DNA of 63,005 bases, counting the filler, from Octopus bimaculoides (lineage: Eukaryota), in assembly GCF_001194135.2 (NCBI RefSeq). It is 4 parts of 4 records of this genome, joined end to end, with 100 filler letters (N's around TTAATTAATTAA, not from the genome) between each part and the next. Parts side by side here need not be neighbours in the genome. Positions count along the whole stretch, not along the records: positions 1 to 6,163 come from NC_068987.1; positions 6,264 to 31,428 come from NC_068993.1; 2 more parts are not named here. One strand, 5' to 3'. The notes under the pieces are model-generated. The model was not told the origin of the DNA. It saw only the letters and a program-made list of their open reading frames with translations, and did not search any database. This document shows positions 1 through 11,659 of the stretch, piece after piece (position 1 is the first letter of the stretch; each line of letters begins with the position of its first letter). Made by a program: the position numbers and the translations under genes.

Positions 1-900
1 ATATAAATACACACATATATATAAATATATATAACACATATAGACCAAAACATACACACTACCATATATATATATATATATATATACATAAATATATATC
101 TACACATACACACATGTACCTACCAAAACATACATATAAAAACAAATACACTCATACACACATATAATAAATAAAGAATATATATAAATACACACTCACC
201 CTCCCATGCTCTCAAATATACATATTATATAGATACACATATACAGACATATATACATACATATAAAAATACACATATATACACAGAAAAAACATGCATA
301 TACATATACATATATACATATACATATATACCTATATATACATAAATATATATATATATATACTTATATATATATATACCTACTAATTTATATAGACAAA
401 TTACACACACTCACATATATACTTATACCCATATATATACATATACATACACATTTACATAAGTACATATATAAATATACATATACATATACACAAAAAT
501 ACTCATAACTATATATATATAAAAAATATATAAAATATACACAGAAATAAAAATTCACTCAAATAAATATATAAATAAGGTATATTCTAAAACAAAACTA
601 CACTCACGCACTCACTCACACGCACAATATATATAAATATACATCTATACTCACTAATATATATCTTTATACATACATGTAAATACAAATATACACTCAA
701 TATACACAAACATATATAAAAAAACAACACATATATATACACTTAAACCTATATAAATACATACGTAAACATATATACATACACCTAAAAATATACATAC
801 ATACTAACGCATATAGACTAAAACACACACACTCATATATATGCATATACATGTATATACACATACCCATATAAACAAAATAAATGAAAAATCATTAGCT
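1..900. repeat. Degenerate (TA)n/(CA)n low-complexity tract
   Basis: Almost only A/T/C in decayed dinucleotide runs; the ORF here is repeat translation. Confidence 0.9.
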
Positions 901-1096
901 AAAGTTTTTATATAGATAAAGTAGTTTATGTCTACATTTTATTTTTGGATTTTCATCGATGAGTTCTTGAAATTTGGTTATTTTCCCTAAAACTATATAT
1001 TTTATATATACTTTATCTATAAGGCTCAATTTAATTTTAATTTTTTATAAATTGATTTTAATTGAGTTTTTTACCTGTAATTTTGGATTTTGTCCC

Positions 1097-1141
<45 letters not shown>

Positions 1142-1352
1142 TGATAACGGCCGGCTAAAGAGCGAGAGATGCCTCTGGGAATCCGATAGGGGGCAGCACT
1201 GGACAGATATGGTATTTTTACATCTTTTTACCATAAGAGAGAATTTTTCTCTACAGTGAATTTGCCTTTAGAATTTAAAATATATTACAAATATATTTTA
1301 ACTCACTTAAAGTTTGCATACACAGACACACACACACACATATATATACATA

Positions 1353-1398
<46 letters not shown>

Positions 1399-1531
1399 TG
1401 TGTATGCGTGTTTGCGTGTGTGTATGTGTGTGTATGATTATGTATGTTTCAGATGCAATCAGCAATTGTTTATCGCAAAAGTTCCACGCGAAAGAAAGCA
1501 ACGTAAAAAGAGAGATGCATGAAATTCTTAC

Positions 1532-1653
1532 CCAAGTACAATGCCATGAATATTTTTCAGTTACACCAGGTGCCACAACACGATCTGGATCGTTAGAGAG
1601 GCTTCCGTTCAGCACAACTGCCTCACCCACGCCTATACTTCTCTCTGAGCCAC
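1532..1653 (-). CDS. REJ-domain exon of a polycystin-1-like (PKD1L/PKDREJ-type) gene
   Basis: Acceptor ttctttcctgcag, donor TGG|gtaaga, 122 nt, phase 1 to 0. Reads (G)GSERSIGVGEAVVLNGSLSNDPDRVVAPGVTEKYSWHCTW, matching the REJ pattern GG-x-L-D/N-G-S-x-S-x-DPD-x-Y-x-W-x-C. Confidence 0.85.
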
Positions 1654-2704
1654 CTGCAGGAAAGAAGTTTGTGTCATCATTTGAACACTGTCTTCGGATT
1701 ATTCTGAGCAACATTTTAAGGGAGAATCACAACTTTCCAGTCAATAGAGAAACCAATTTATAACCGAGAGCCACATTTGATATTCTGTACCACAGCATTA
1801 CGCTGTGATCACGACATCGTTTAATGGATAGAGCAGTTAGCTGCATCTTTTAACTATGTAAAATGATAAATTTGTAAAGCTCCGCGTGTATGGATGTAGG
1901 GTAGTTCGCCTTTTGACAGATCGATTCATGTATGCCGAAGTGACACACACATTCATCCATCCGTCCATTCATCTTCTTCCGCCCGCTATTCTTTGGATGG
2001 CCGTGTAGGTAGAGTTCTCAGGCAACCCACCCATAGGGTCCTATCAAAACCAACCAATCAACTATGTATATGTAACCTTTACAGCAGATATGTAAAAAAG
2101 GAAAATTTAACTAGTTTTCCGTAGATTGAAAAAAATAATGAGCAGCCTTAATCGATTTTGGAACATTATTGACCTCTCAACAGAGGTGTGTACATCAATT
2201 TGACTAATCTCAGAGAAACAACCAATTAACCAATCAATTAACCAATTAAACATTATTAGACCCTCATTTTGATATTTGCAGTTGATTTCGATTTTAATAT
2301 ATTAAACTGCTTCTCATTTACTTAAAAGATAAAATGAAGAATTAGATCGGAAAAATGCAATATTTATCTGGAAGATTAATTATTGAGATAATGAAATGGT
2401 TGAGTGCCAACATTGTCGAAGTGAATGGTTTAACGCATAGAGAGTTGGATTAGCAGAGTTATTAGATCCTCAAACAAAATATTTGGTGGGATTTATTTAC
2501 GGGCCTTTACGTTTTGAGTACTAATCCTACCGAGGTGGATTTTGCCTTAAATCCTTCTGGACTCAACGAAATAAAAGACCACTCAAAATGAAGTATTAAT
2601 CAAGTATTGGGCCTGTTTAATGTTCTCTTAAAGCATCTAAAATGCGAATAGAATTCAAGTGAAAGACGAGAAAAATTGCTCAGTGGCTTTATACCTTGCT
2701 AGAA

Positions 2705-3812
2705 ATTATTATTATTATTATTCCTTCGTAACACAGTGTAAGTAAAAATGCACCGGAGTCTTTAGTTATCTGTCAAGTTACAAGGAACTCAGACAGATAA
2801 TATTTTCCTTAAGATGTTCGCTGTACTCAATAAGGCTGCTTTTTGCAAGACATCATTCTTGCATGGGATTTCCAGTTGCCTTAAGAAGTTTTGAAATTTC
2901 ACTGCGATTGAGCCCACTGGTATCACTTTTACATTACCCTCTCGCATTCCATACAGTCTTGCCATTTCCACTTTCAATTCGGAGTACTTGGTGGGTTTTC
3001 CAACCTCTTTACTCACAACATTCATGTCATTTGGTATGGCTACATCAATGACCTGACAGTATTTGTCTCTCTTATTCAATATGACAATATCCGGCCGACG
3101 GTGTTCGATTACACGATCCTACTGAAAATCATAGTCCCAGAGTATCGTTACTTTTCCATCCTCCTGCATAGCTTTACTTGGTACATGCTCATACCAGTTC
3201 TCTGTTACTTCATATTGGTATTTACGGCATAAGAACCAATGAAGATACACATATACACTTTATCGTGGCGGCGCTTGTATTCTTTTTGTGCAAAGTTCTC
3301 ACGTCCTGTGTTTTCCTTTCAAACTGTCCATGTATTCTCATTTCAAGAAGGTCTTCTTTTCTCTTCTCAGTTTTTTGGTTAAACTCTTCTTTGCCCAACA
3401 TTTCATCTGCATTTACAGCCACATCTTTCGCGGCATATTGCAGCAGGACTCCAACATCTCCTTTCACTCCATATACAATGGTCTCTACTAATTGGTCCTC
3501 TGCCACCATTCTGCTTTAGGGTGTAGCGTCCTATGCAGCGTCATCAATTTCTCGTCCTTCTATCCAGCGTTGATATTTCCTCCTTAATCCATTTGAGGAT
3601 GGACGCACTATATTTGACCACCGCAACTGCCCAGATATTCATTGCGGTAATCAAACTTTTGACTTTCAGGTTGAATTTCAACACCAACTTCACCCTTTTT
3701 TGATACGCCTCGCTGATCTTGACTTTCATTTCTCTGTGTAGAATGCCATCCAACTCCAAAATCCCTAAATATCTATACCCACTACCATCGGGTTCACCCA
3801 TGGTCTCGCCTG
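2705..3812 (-). mobile_element. R4/Dong-like RLE non-LTR retrotransposon, 5'-truncated and internally deleted
   Basis: YRYLGILELD (late RT), HGQF, then RRHDKV..YLHW..WYEHVP..TILWD..DRVIEHRRPDIVILNKRDKYCQVIDVAIPND and QKAALLSTANILRKIL*; stops and frameshifts; (AAT)n tail in sense at 2705-2722. Confidence 0.85.
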
Positions 3813-3814
3813 AA

Positions 3815-4400
3815 ATTATTATTATTATTATTATTATTATTATTGTATGAACACTCTCAACTTATTTTTCTGGGTATGATGGAAAGTGTCAGCTGTCCAC
3901 AGCCAGCAGACTAAGGTGACACTTGTTTACTGGTCATGCTTTAAGAACTCTACGAAGATTTCTTGCAGTTCCAAGCAATGCTGGTTTTTGTAGGTGTTCT
4001 ACATTTATATTTGTACCAGTCTCTTAGAGCCATGTTGGTAGTTGAGTGCTGATACTTTCAAGTGCATCAATTTCTATTGGTATCACGTCTACTCTCCTCA
4101 TTGACCACAACCTTCACATTTCCCACTTCAAATCGTCGCAGTTGTTCAGTTTTTCTTCTTTCTCTTTGATCCTGTTGTCAGCGGGACATGCTATGTCGAT
4201 TATCTTGCAAGATCTTTCTTTTTTATTCACCTCAACAACGTCCAGTTTCCGATGCCTGGTCAGGTGATCACACTGAATCATTGCATCCCAGAAAATTTTG
4301 GAATCTTCATTCTCGGTCACTCCTTCTGGGGTTTGCTCATACCATGTCTTTGCTCCCACTGGATCATTCTTGCCATAATGTCATGTCTCTGCACTTAATA
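3815..4400 (-). mobile_element. Second, divergent R4/Dong-like RLE 3' fragment
   Basis: WYEQTPEGVTENEDSKIFWDAMIQCDHLTRHRKLDVVEVNKKERSCKIIDIACPAD and ALLGTARNLRRVL*; (AAT)n tail at 3815-3844. Confidence 0.85.
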
Positions 4401-4464
4401 TCTAATTGATATCGTAATGCTGTATAGAGTGTCTTTGTTATATTCAGTATAAAATGAAACTTAC

Positions 4465-4581
4465 CTCGAATAATGACTTGTAATTGTGAATTTTTTACTG
4501 TCAACTTAATACTGTTGGTTGAATAGATCGAGCTGTTAGATTTAACTGTTACATTCAGGGTGAATGTTATCTCGGAACCGC
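4465..4581 (-). CDS. REJ-domain exon upstream of 1532-1653
   Basis: Acceptor attctatcttgtag, donor CGAG|gtaagt, 117 nt, phase 1 to 1. Reads GSEITFTLNVTVKSNSSIYSTNSIKLTVKNSQLQVIIR(G) and joins the next exon as VIIR-GG-SERSI. Not in the ORF track. Confidence 0.8.
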
Positions 4582-5030
4582 CTACAAGATAGAATAATTG
4601 GCCAATATTAACATGTATCGTTGAAAAAAATCATTAAAAAATAACAAACAATACAACTGTAGAAATAGAACAATCTTGTTTTAAACGTACAGCTTTAATT
4701 AGAAATTGTTAAAAGCTGACGGTTACGAAAAACTATTTTTTCTCCTAATTCAGTGGCATTGTAAATGTCATCATTTTTCTGTTCTTTTATTCTTTTACTG
4801 ATTTCAATTATTGAACATCAGGCACCGTTTGAAGGGTTTTTGGTCGAGAAAATTGAGTCACATAACTTATTTTTCAGTCTTATACGTATCTTCATTGATC
4901 GTTACTTTCCGACTCCTTTCCGATTCCTTAAAAAGGCACAAAGCGGTTTTACGTTAATAAACATTAAAACATAGACATAGACACACACACGCCAGGCATT
5001 TACGCAATTTCTAACAGCAAAATTCTACTC

Positions 5031-5281
5031 ATGACTTGAAGGCACGTGATATTTCGGTATGCAACCGTCATATACTATAATGTATATTAAATGTTTTTAT
5101 AAGTCAACACCATGTCCTACTGCGTTAGCAGTGCTCTTTACATTATTCGAAACGATGTAGTAAACTTAACAAGATGAGCACTGCTAACGCAGTAGAGTGT
5201 GGTGTTGAGGTATAAAGACATTTAATATACTTTATAGCATATTATGGTTGCATAACGAAATACCACGTGCCTACAAGTCAT
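5031..5281. mobile_element. Hairpin MITE (about 250 bp, arms about 105 bp)
   Basis: Left arm atgacttgaaggcacgtgatatttcggtatgcaacc...ctactgcgttagcagtgctc is the near reverse complement of gagcactgctaacgcagtag...ggttgcataacgaaataccacgtgcctacaagtcat. The same terminus recurs at about 22887-22913. Confidence 0.85.
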
Positions 5282-5291
5282 TAAAATTTAC

Positions 5292-5363
5292 ATATCAGCT
5301 CCAGGAATGCGTCTAATATGTAAATTGGTATATCCAATAGCACAACACCTCTGTATGCGTTGG
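5292..5363 (-). CDS. Probable further REJ-gene exon
   Basis: Acceptor ctttgcttatacag, donor ATAT|gtaaat, 72 nt, phase 1 to 1. Reads NAYRGVVLLDIPIYILDAFLELI and joins as LELI-C-GSEITFTLNV. Confidence 0.5.
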
Positions 5364-5403
5364 CTGTATAAGCAAAGTTTTCGGAGGCGAGAGTAGATTA
5401 GAT

Positions 5404-5450
5404 GGGTACTGATGAAGGGGTAAAACACCCCTGAAATATGACATATACAT
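5404..5450 (+). ncRNA. Degenerate hammerhead-ribozyme-like motif
   Basis: CTGATGA + AGGGG-taaaaca-CCCCT + GAAA + near-palindrome ATATG-A-CATAT; stem I at most 3 bp. Confidence 0.3.
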
Positions 5451-5696
5451 TCATTACCAATTTTTGTTTTCGATCTCATTGTTTGTCTACCTCTGACGTC
5501 TCGTATAGGAAACGTAGCAAAAAATCGGTGTTGACTATGATTTCCGTAGAAATAACCCTAACAAAATGATTCGGGGCAAACAGTAGAAGATACTTATGGA
5601 AAGTGGTTCAAATGAAAGTTAAACAGGAGCCACGTGGCTGCAAAGCAAATTATTAACCACACAACTATTCTTGTACCAATATTTATTACATTTTAA

Positions 5697-5952
5697 GGCG
5701 GTGAGCTGGCAGAAACGTTAGCACGCCGGACGAAATGCTTAGCGGTATTTCGTCTGTTTATACGTTCTGAGTTCAAATTCCGTCGAGGTCGACTTTGCCT
5801 TTCATACTTTCGGGGGTCGATTAAATAAGTACCAGTTACGCGCTGGGGTCGATGTAATCGATTTAAACCCTTTGTCTGTCCTTGTTTGTCCCCTCTATGT
5901 TTAGCCCCATGTAGGCAATAAAGAAAAATATTTATTATTATTATTATTATTT
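5697..5952 (+). mobile_element. tRNA-derived SINE family A (Nin/Deu-domain-like), full length with (TTA)n tail
   Basis: GGCGGTGAGCTGGCAGAA head, GAGTTCAAATTCC B box, TTTGCCTTTCAT..GGGGTCGAT..AAGTACCAG core; many further copies in the window. Confidence 0.85.
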
Positions 5953-6163
5953 TATGTTTGACTTTTGTTTTGCATTTGTACAAGTTGGATCCAAGTCTCA
6001 CCCAGAGACCTCAAGAGACAACAAGTTAGAAGTTCATGTAGGTGTTATGCCTAGGGTACCATATATTTGGATTTGTACAGTTTTGTTCTAGTGAATGTTT
6101 AAGAAACCATAAGAAAATTATGTGTTTGCTTTAAAATTTGAGATCACATAGACAGTATTTTAC

Positions 6164-6263
6164 NNNNNNNNNNNNNNNNNNNNNNNNNNNNNNNNNNNNN
6201 NNNNNNNTTAATTAATTAANNNNNNNNNNNNNNNNNNNNNNNNNNNNNNNNNNNNNNNNNNNN
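6164..6263. other. Assembly join: 44 N + TTAATTAATTAA + 44 N
   Basis: Same 100-bp layout at 31429-31528 and 35713-35812; the linker has stop codons in all six frames. Confidence 0.9.
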
Positions 6264-6876
6264 TATATATATATATATATATTATATATATATGTACGTG
6301 AGTGCGTGTGTGTACACATATACATACGCATATATGTACATTTACACACACATGCACATATATGTAAATACACTATCTGTTTCATATACACAAACACACA
6401 TGCACTCGCACACACATGCACTCACGCACGCACGCAAATCTGTATGCACGTTGTAATAGTAAACAAAACGCATCCAGATGTCTACACTCACAAAACATGC
6501 TGATATATAAATATGATATGACGAGCCAATACCGTCTTGGTTAACTTACTATCTATTTCGCAGACGTTAAAAAAACTGTCTTCTTTTTTCAATTAATCAT
6601 ATTTCTTGCACTACACTTTTATACACAAAACAATTACCCGATACTAACAACTGTGTCTTGGATATCATTTTGTTAGTTATCATTGTAAGCTGAGATGAGC
6701 TACAATTATTCGTAGTATATGAAACAACAGAACGTTTAAAATACTATTGAGAATACAGGAAAAGGCCTGAATTCGAAAAAGGAAATATTTCTATTCTGCT
6801 CACACACACGTACACATCTGGTATGTTACCGGCTCGCACTTACTAAAATTGTTTTATGTCTTTTCTTTTTCTTCAG

Positions 6877-6922
6877 GATCGAGTCAAAACTATATAACTT
6901 TTCATGGATTTCCAGGTACTTG
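6877..6922 (+). other. Candidate plus-strand micro-exon
   Basis: Strong acceptor ttttctttttcttcag; donors CAG|gtactt (6915) or TTG|gtgagt (6922); no recognisable product. Confidence 0.25.
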
Positions 6923-7228
6923 GTGAGTTTATTTACGTGTTTTGACTTATTTTTTATTCTTTTTTTATTCTTTTTTTTTCTTCAGAGGGGTTATCTTTTT
7001 AGTAGAGATATTAATGTGAGCGTTTGAAATAGTAGATCAAATGTTTATTTTTTTGTGCTCGGTGATGGGAGGTGTGGAAGGGGGAAATGGCTCCTACAAA
7101 TCTTTTGTTATGGAATTTCTTCTCGAAGAAAAATAGTTTAGTGGTCTGGTGGGGTGGCGGTGGTGGGGTTGGAGCGACATGGTTTTGCTGTTTATGATTT
7201 GACATTAAATACACCGGTTCTCGTTCTT

Positions 7229-7289
7229 CGAGAAGAAGAAGAAGAAGAAGAAGAAGAAGAAGAAGAAGAAGAAGAAGAAGAAGAAAAAG
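7229..7289. repeat. (AAG)n microsatellite running into a gap
   Basis: Direct sequence. Confidence 0.95.
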
Positions 7290-7772
7290 NNNNNNNNNNN
7301 NNNNNNNNNNNNNNNNNNNNNNNNNNNNNNNNNNNNNNNNNNNNNNNNNNNNNNNNNNNNNNNNNNNNNNNNNNNNNNNNNNNNNNNNNNNNNNNNNNNN
7401 NNNNNNNNNNNNNNNNNNNNNNNNNNNNNNNNNNNNNNNNNNNNNNNNNNNNNNNNNNNNNNNNNNNNNNNNNNNNNNNNNNNNNNNNNNNNNNNNNNNN
7501 NNNNNNNNNNNNNNNNNNNNNNNNNNNNNNNNNNNNNNNNNNNNNNNNNNNNNNNNNNNNNNNNNNNNNNNNNNNNNNNNNNNNNNNNNNNNNNNNNNNG
7601 TGTATTTGATATCCCTACTCGACTCGCTTATAACATGGATACGTGAATTGCCAGAGCTATTAGAGCGTCGGATAAAACATCTTGCGTTATTTGTCTCGTT
7701 ACTTGGAGTTCATTTCCCACTCAGGTCATTTTTGTCTTTTCCGGTATCAATAAGTATAATATCAATCGAGTG

Positions 7773-7985
7773 AGGGAGCGTGTCCTTGTGGTTAAGGCGT
7801 TGCACTAACGAGCGCGAGATTGTGGGCTCGATACCCGGGCCGGGCGCTAAGTTGTGTTTTACAGCAAAACACTTCATCTCACGTTGCTTTGCGACCTCTT
7901 CGACAACTGACGTGTGACATACCGTGCACCTGTGCAGGTGATGTCGATCTGCAGGAGTTGAGTCAGTTAATGTGCACCACAAACA
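7773..7985 (+). mobile_element. CORE-type tRNA SINE
   Basis: GTGGTTAAG A-box-like, GGCTCGATACCC B-box-like, then TTGTGTTTTACAGCAAAACACTTCATCTCACGTTGCT (CORE-like); related minus copies at about 52540-52680 and 61390-61490. Confidence 0.65.
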
Positions 7986-8561
7986 AATCACCAGTGCAGG
8001 TTCTGTTTTTGTTTTGTTTTTTCTTGGAATCGGCGATATTCCACCGTGGTAAATCATACGGGACGTCTTTTCTCTAGAAATGGAGAAGCTTGATTGAGGG
8101 GTCGGTACTCTTACAGTACCGGAACCTTCCAAAGATGGACCGAAGTGTCAGTAAAAAATGGAACAGAAACGAAAGAAATGAAAATAAAATCTTTCAAATA
8201 TTGCTTTAATTGAGCAATTTTAAAAAGTTCTCATGAAGAATTTTGTTTAGAGAACCTCAATATAGGAGTGATGTCACTGGTCTAATTGAATAATATATTT
8301 ATTAAAATTATCTTAATATGACATGAAAGTGCAGATCGCATTGTAATTGTAAGAATTTGCTGATTGTATATCCATTCACATATCTCAAAGTTCTTGCTTT
8401 GAATTCTTGCAAAATTTGGCAAAATTGTTGAAATTGGTTGTGTACCTTTGTCGTTCGACGATGAGAATTCGCTGGTTTAAGGAAGTGAACTACCTTTTCC
8501 AGAACTAAAGACTAAATTTCTAAGTTTTCCAACGATAGGAATATTCTTTTCTACTCGAGGA

Positions 8562-8908
8562 ACAAGGCCCGAAATGTTGGGGGAGGGGGCCAGTTAATTA
8601 GATCGACCTCAGTAGGCAACTGGTACTTAATTTATCGACCCTAAAAGGATGAAAGGCAAAGTCGATCTCGTCGGAATCTGAACTCAGAGTGTAACGACAG
8701 ACGAAATACCGCTAAGCATTTCGCCCGACGTGCTAACGTTTCTTATTTCTTTATTGCTCACAAGGGGCTAAACAGAGTTTATCGGCCCCTGAAAGGACGA
8801 AAAGTAAAGTCGACTTTTGTGGCTTTGAACCCAGTACGTACTGACGGACGAAACGCCGCTAAACATTTGGTCCGGTGTACTAAATATTCTACCAGTTCGC
8901 TCGCTGCC
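8562..8908 (-). mobile_element. Chain of family A SINE copies
   Basis: Two to three abutting partial copies in the same orientation. Confidence 0.8.
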
Positions 8909-8912
8909 TTAC

Positions 8913-9038
8913 ATAGAATATTGATAATAATTTGGTCCGACTGAGGATGCTGAGAGAATACTTGAACTGAAAACGATGTAACAAAGCTAAAAGACACAGG
9001 ACAATTGTGCAATGAAGCACTGCTTTTGTCCCGAGCAT
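8913..9038 (-). CDS. Candidate signal-peptide-like exon (gene unassigned)
   Basis: MLGTKAVLHCTIVLCLLALLHRFQFKYSLSILSRTKLLSIFY then |gtaagg; an internal acceptor at 8967 gives alternative 54-nt readings. Confidence 0.25.
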
Positions 9039-9256
9039 TTCACACCTCTCATTGTACCTGCTAATACCTAGATGGACTAAACCATTACAAGGGGTTTATA
9101 TATGAGGGAGAAATTCAGCAGGAACTGCCGAGACGATACGGAGGTGAACCACTATAATATATTGATCGTTATTTTATCAACTTCGTTTTACGATGAGTTA
9201 TTACGTCAGCGTGTATATGGATAATTGGTGCTGTTAACTGAAATTTTCTATATTTT

Positions 9257-9297
<41 letters not shown>

Positions 9298-9355
9298 AAC
9301 AAACACACACAGATAGATAGATACATACATACAGTGATACATACATACATACATA

Positions 9356-9820
9356 CATTAGAGAAAAAGAGAACAACTACGCCGAGCTACTGAGAAATTT
9401 GCAGATACTCCACCCAGACTACAAGTTCAGATTCATACCCGTGATTGTTGGGGCATTGGGATATGTAACGAACTGCCTCAACAAAAACCTGGAAAAATTA
9501 GGGTTCTCAAAACCTGAAAGAAAAAGGCTGATTAGAAGACTACAGATTCAAGCCATCAATGGAACTGTAAAGATATGTAAAACTTTCCAAAAATTTAGCA
9601 CATAAATACATATGCATGCATCTAGACATAAAAACGCATCCATAAAACAAACATACAAATCTGCGCATACACTAATACCAAATACTGCACACACACACAC
9701 ACATATGCACAAATACCTAGATGATGTTGATAAAAGTTCCAATGAAGGAGCCTTGAATCTATGTTAGAGTCCGGCTCTTTCTCTATGGACAAGAAATACA
9801 GAAATGAAACTGATTGATAA
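9356..9820 (+). mobile_element. 3' fragment of an RLE-type non-LTR retrotransposon inside (CATA)n
   Basis: IREKENNYAELLRNLQILHPDYKFRFIPVIVGALGYV...LQIQAINGTVKICKTFQKFST*, the C-terminal RLE pattern K-x-x-Y-x-x-L...P-I/V-I-V-GALG. Confidence 0.75.
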
Positions 9821-10111
9821 CATACATACTTACATACATACATGCATGCATACATACATACATGCATACAGACATACGTACATACATACATACATATAAG
9901 AATATAAGAATGAATTATGATACATTGAAACACAAATTGACGGATCTGTGTATGAGTGTCTGTATGCATGCACGTTTGCATGTATGTATGTATAGTGGTA
10001 TGAATATATGTATGTATGAGAGAGAGTGTCACAGAGAGAGAAAATAGAAAGATAGAGACAGAAAGGGAGAATAAAGAGGCAGATGGAGAGAGAGAGAAAG
10101 AGAGAGTAAAA

Positions 10112-10177
<66 letters not shown>

Positions 10178-10639
10178 TGGTAGATTAACAAATTGATATG
10201 AGGAGACAATATGATCCACAGGAGGAGCTAGAAAAACGTTTAACATTCCATATTCCATTGTCTTGTCAAACTCTTGTATTTCACGGTCGATTCTCTGTTT
10301 ATATTGGAATACTTTATTGCCATTGACAGTTGGAGGAAACGTGATTTCTCCGCAGACCAATGCCAATTTATTTGTCTGTTATGTGTGCCATTGTCTTGGA
10401 GTGTGTGTAATAGAACAAAGCTGTCAGACCGGATACAAAGCTTTAGATTCAAATCGATATCCGACTTCGACAGGGATTTACGTTTTCTTGATCTTATCTC
10501 CCTGCCTGTGCTATGGAATCGGTTTTTCACACAGCCTGGGGGAAGAATGCTCGATCAGCGAGTCGATTTAAGACCAATTTGGTTCGTCTCGTTCTGCAAA
10601 ACACACAGACACACACACACTCACACATACACTACCACA

Positions 10640-10717
<78 letters not shown>

Positions 10718-10993
10718 AGATGCATAGAGTGGCAGAGTCTAATATGTATACGTGTTCTATGTACGCCTGTTTGCATCTATTCAAACAATTAGATCGCAAA
10801 TCATGCAGAAGAAGGAATTGGTGTAAGTGAACGAGTAAAATAAAAATAAAGATTATAGACAAAAATCGAAAGCCGAGTATATATAAAGTGTCCATTGTAA
10901 TCGCTTCCATGCCATATTGTTGTCATTAATGTTGTTTTTACTGTTGCTGTTTCTATTGTTGTTGTTGTTGTTGTTGCATTAGATGTGGATGAC

Positions 10994-11024
<31 letters not shown>

Positions 11025-11618
11025 ATTATCATGATGATTATGATCATGATGATTATGATCATGACTAAGACCATGATGACGACGACGACGATGACGAAGG
11101 TAACAATAATAATGATGATGATGTTGTTTTGTATTATTGTAGCTATTATTCGTGTTTATTTATTGTAATATCGTTTCCGAAAAATTCAACAAAAATATAT
11201 ATATTTCGGAAGAATCTATAAATATAACAGAAGCACGCGCGCAAACACACACACACACACACACACACATACAAAAACTGTTACACGTGTATATGTATGA
11301 ATGTATATATGTGTGTATACGTTTGTATCTATGTGTGATTGAGTACACACACATATATCTATATATATGCGTGAGTATTCTTTTATAATTTTACTGTTCC
11401 GATCATTGAACCGTGATTATCCAGGATCAGCAGTCTTTTAGCATATCTGTGTGTGTGATTGTGTGTGTGTGTGTGTGTGTGTGTGTAAGTGTGTACGTAT
11501 GTGTGTGTATGCATATGCATATATATGCATGCATATATTCTTATATATATATGTGTGTGTGTGTGTATGTATATATATATATATGTGTGTGTGTGTATGT
11601 ATAAATATATATATATAT

Positions 11619-11659
<41 letters not shown>

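Noticed and set aside
1314-1763. 149-aa plus-strand ORF with an apparent acceptor at 1452
   Set aside because: It is the antisense shadow of the REJ exon, which has better splice sites, a recognisable domain and an in-frame partner.
2705-5952. Family A SINE as the passenger of the Dong-like elements
   Set aside because: The SINE tail is (TTA)n in sense, the Dong-like tail is (AAT)n, and I saw no shared 3' sequence.
7710-8150. Minus ORF GPSLEGSGTVRVPTPQ...
   Set aside because: No good AG acceptor; it runs into a SINE; no recognisable homology.
9735-9785. Hammerhead-like hairpin in the RLE 3' UTR; also CTGATGA at 42786 and CTGAAGA at 62785
   Set aside because: Core incomplete, or no stem II followed by GAAA.
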